The notes beneath the pieces are model-generated. The model was not told the origin of the DNA, made no database searches, and worked only from the letters and a program-made list of their open reading frames with translations. Below are positions 35,857 to 36,261 of a DNA stretch of 36,261 bases, piece by piece. Made by a program: the position numbers and the translations under genes. Every line of letters starts with the position of its first letter. The first letter of the stretch is position 1. Origin of the DNA: an uncultured bacterium (GTDB lineage: Bacteria; Actinomycetota; Actinomycetes; S36-B12); assembly GCA_903896585.1 (NCBI GenBank), contig CAITYI010000221.1:1-36261 (forward strand). The letters run 5' to 3'.

Positions 35857-36261
35857 GTGAATAGTCGCGAGCAGCGTATCGATCCGTATCGAATTGGGTT
35901 GCTCGGTGCTGAAAGTTCCGGGAAGACCACGTTAGCCAATGCTCTGGTAGGCGAATTGAATTACCAAGGAATCCCAGCGGTCCTGGTACCTGAATACCTT
36001 CGCACCTGGTGTGAGCAGACAAGCCGGCTCCCAACTATCGAGGACCAAACTGAAATCCTGCATGGTCAAATCGATTCTGAGGACTCAGCAGCACGTGAAC
36101 ATCCTGGGGCGGTACTTGTGTGCGACCCGGCCGCAATAACAACACCCTTGTACTCGCAGCTTTACTTTGGTCAGGCAGGGAATATCGATACTGAACTCCT
36201 CAGCCGATACCAACGGCTTATTTGGTGCAATATTGATATTGACTGGTCACCTGATCCGCTC
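35857..36261 (+). CDS. P-loop NTPase (AAA_28 / NadR-kinase-like ATPase), N-terminal part; runs off the right edge
   Basis: Not in the ORF track because the frame has no stop in the window. Hand translation from GTG 35857: VNSREQRIDPYRIGLLGAESSGKTTLANALVGELNYQGIPAVLVPEYLRTWCEQ... It has a Walker A GxxxxGKT motif. Start codon uncertain. Confidence 0.6.
   Translation, partial: MNSREQRIDPYRIGLLGAESSGKTTLANALVGELNYQGIPAVLVPEYLRTWCEQTSRLPTIEDQTEILHGQIDSEDSAAREHPGAVLVCDPAAITTPLYSQLYFGQAGNIDTELLSRYQRLIWCNIDIDWSPDPL

Overview
This 36.3 kb window looks like a tightly packed chromosomal segment of an Actinomycetota genome with moderate GC. The evidence is a TCGAAC-N4-GTTCGA LexA box, DUF3040/DUF3048/DUF3293 genes, split CrtYc/CrtYd cyclase genes and an actinobacterial dcw gene order; a small-genome Micrococcales-like organism is only a guess. 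Layout: (1) 1-10.6 kb, minus strand, is the proximal dcw operon mraZ-rsmH-ftsL-like-ftsI-murE-murF-mraY-murD-ftsW. The ftsW frame runs off the left edge and is missing from the ORF track. (2) 10.6-18.7 kb holds mixed genes: a DUF3048 lipoprotein, DUF3293, an Sfp-type PPTase, a HelD-like helicase, an RDD membrane protein with a coupled repeat protein, a secretory lipase, a MaoC dehydratase and DUF3040. (3) 18.8-24.4 kb, minus strand, is a damage-response block: a SAV_6107-type HEPN-like protein, DnaE2 and DinB, behind a perfect LexA box. (4) 24.5-27.9 kb holds a YbaK-like deacylase, a cytochrome P450, ACC deaminase and an SRPBCC protein. A decayed second copy of the ybaK 3' end lies on the far side of the P450 gene. 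(5) 27.9-35.8 kb is a carotenoid cluster: cruF-like hydratase, GT2 glycosyltransferase, crtD-like desaturase, crtE, crtI and crtB, convergent with crtYc/crtYd. A partial P-loop ATPase gene follows at the right edge. I found no tRNA or rRNA genes, CRISPR arrays, IS elements or recognisable defence systems. The items most worth a second look are: the LexA-box/HEPN-like/dnaE2/dinB operon with no imuA'/imuB nearby; the unusual 420 bp mraZ-rsmH spacer, which carries a six-copy 15-16 bp tandem array and an untracked 47-codon membrane-protein ORF; phased TGGWG repeats over the mraZ promoter; the ybaK relic that marks the P450 gene as an insertion; and the predicted monocyclic carotenoid-glycoside pathway. 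All functional calls come from motif recognition by eye and from memory of protein families. No database search was run.
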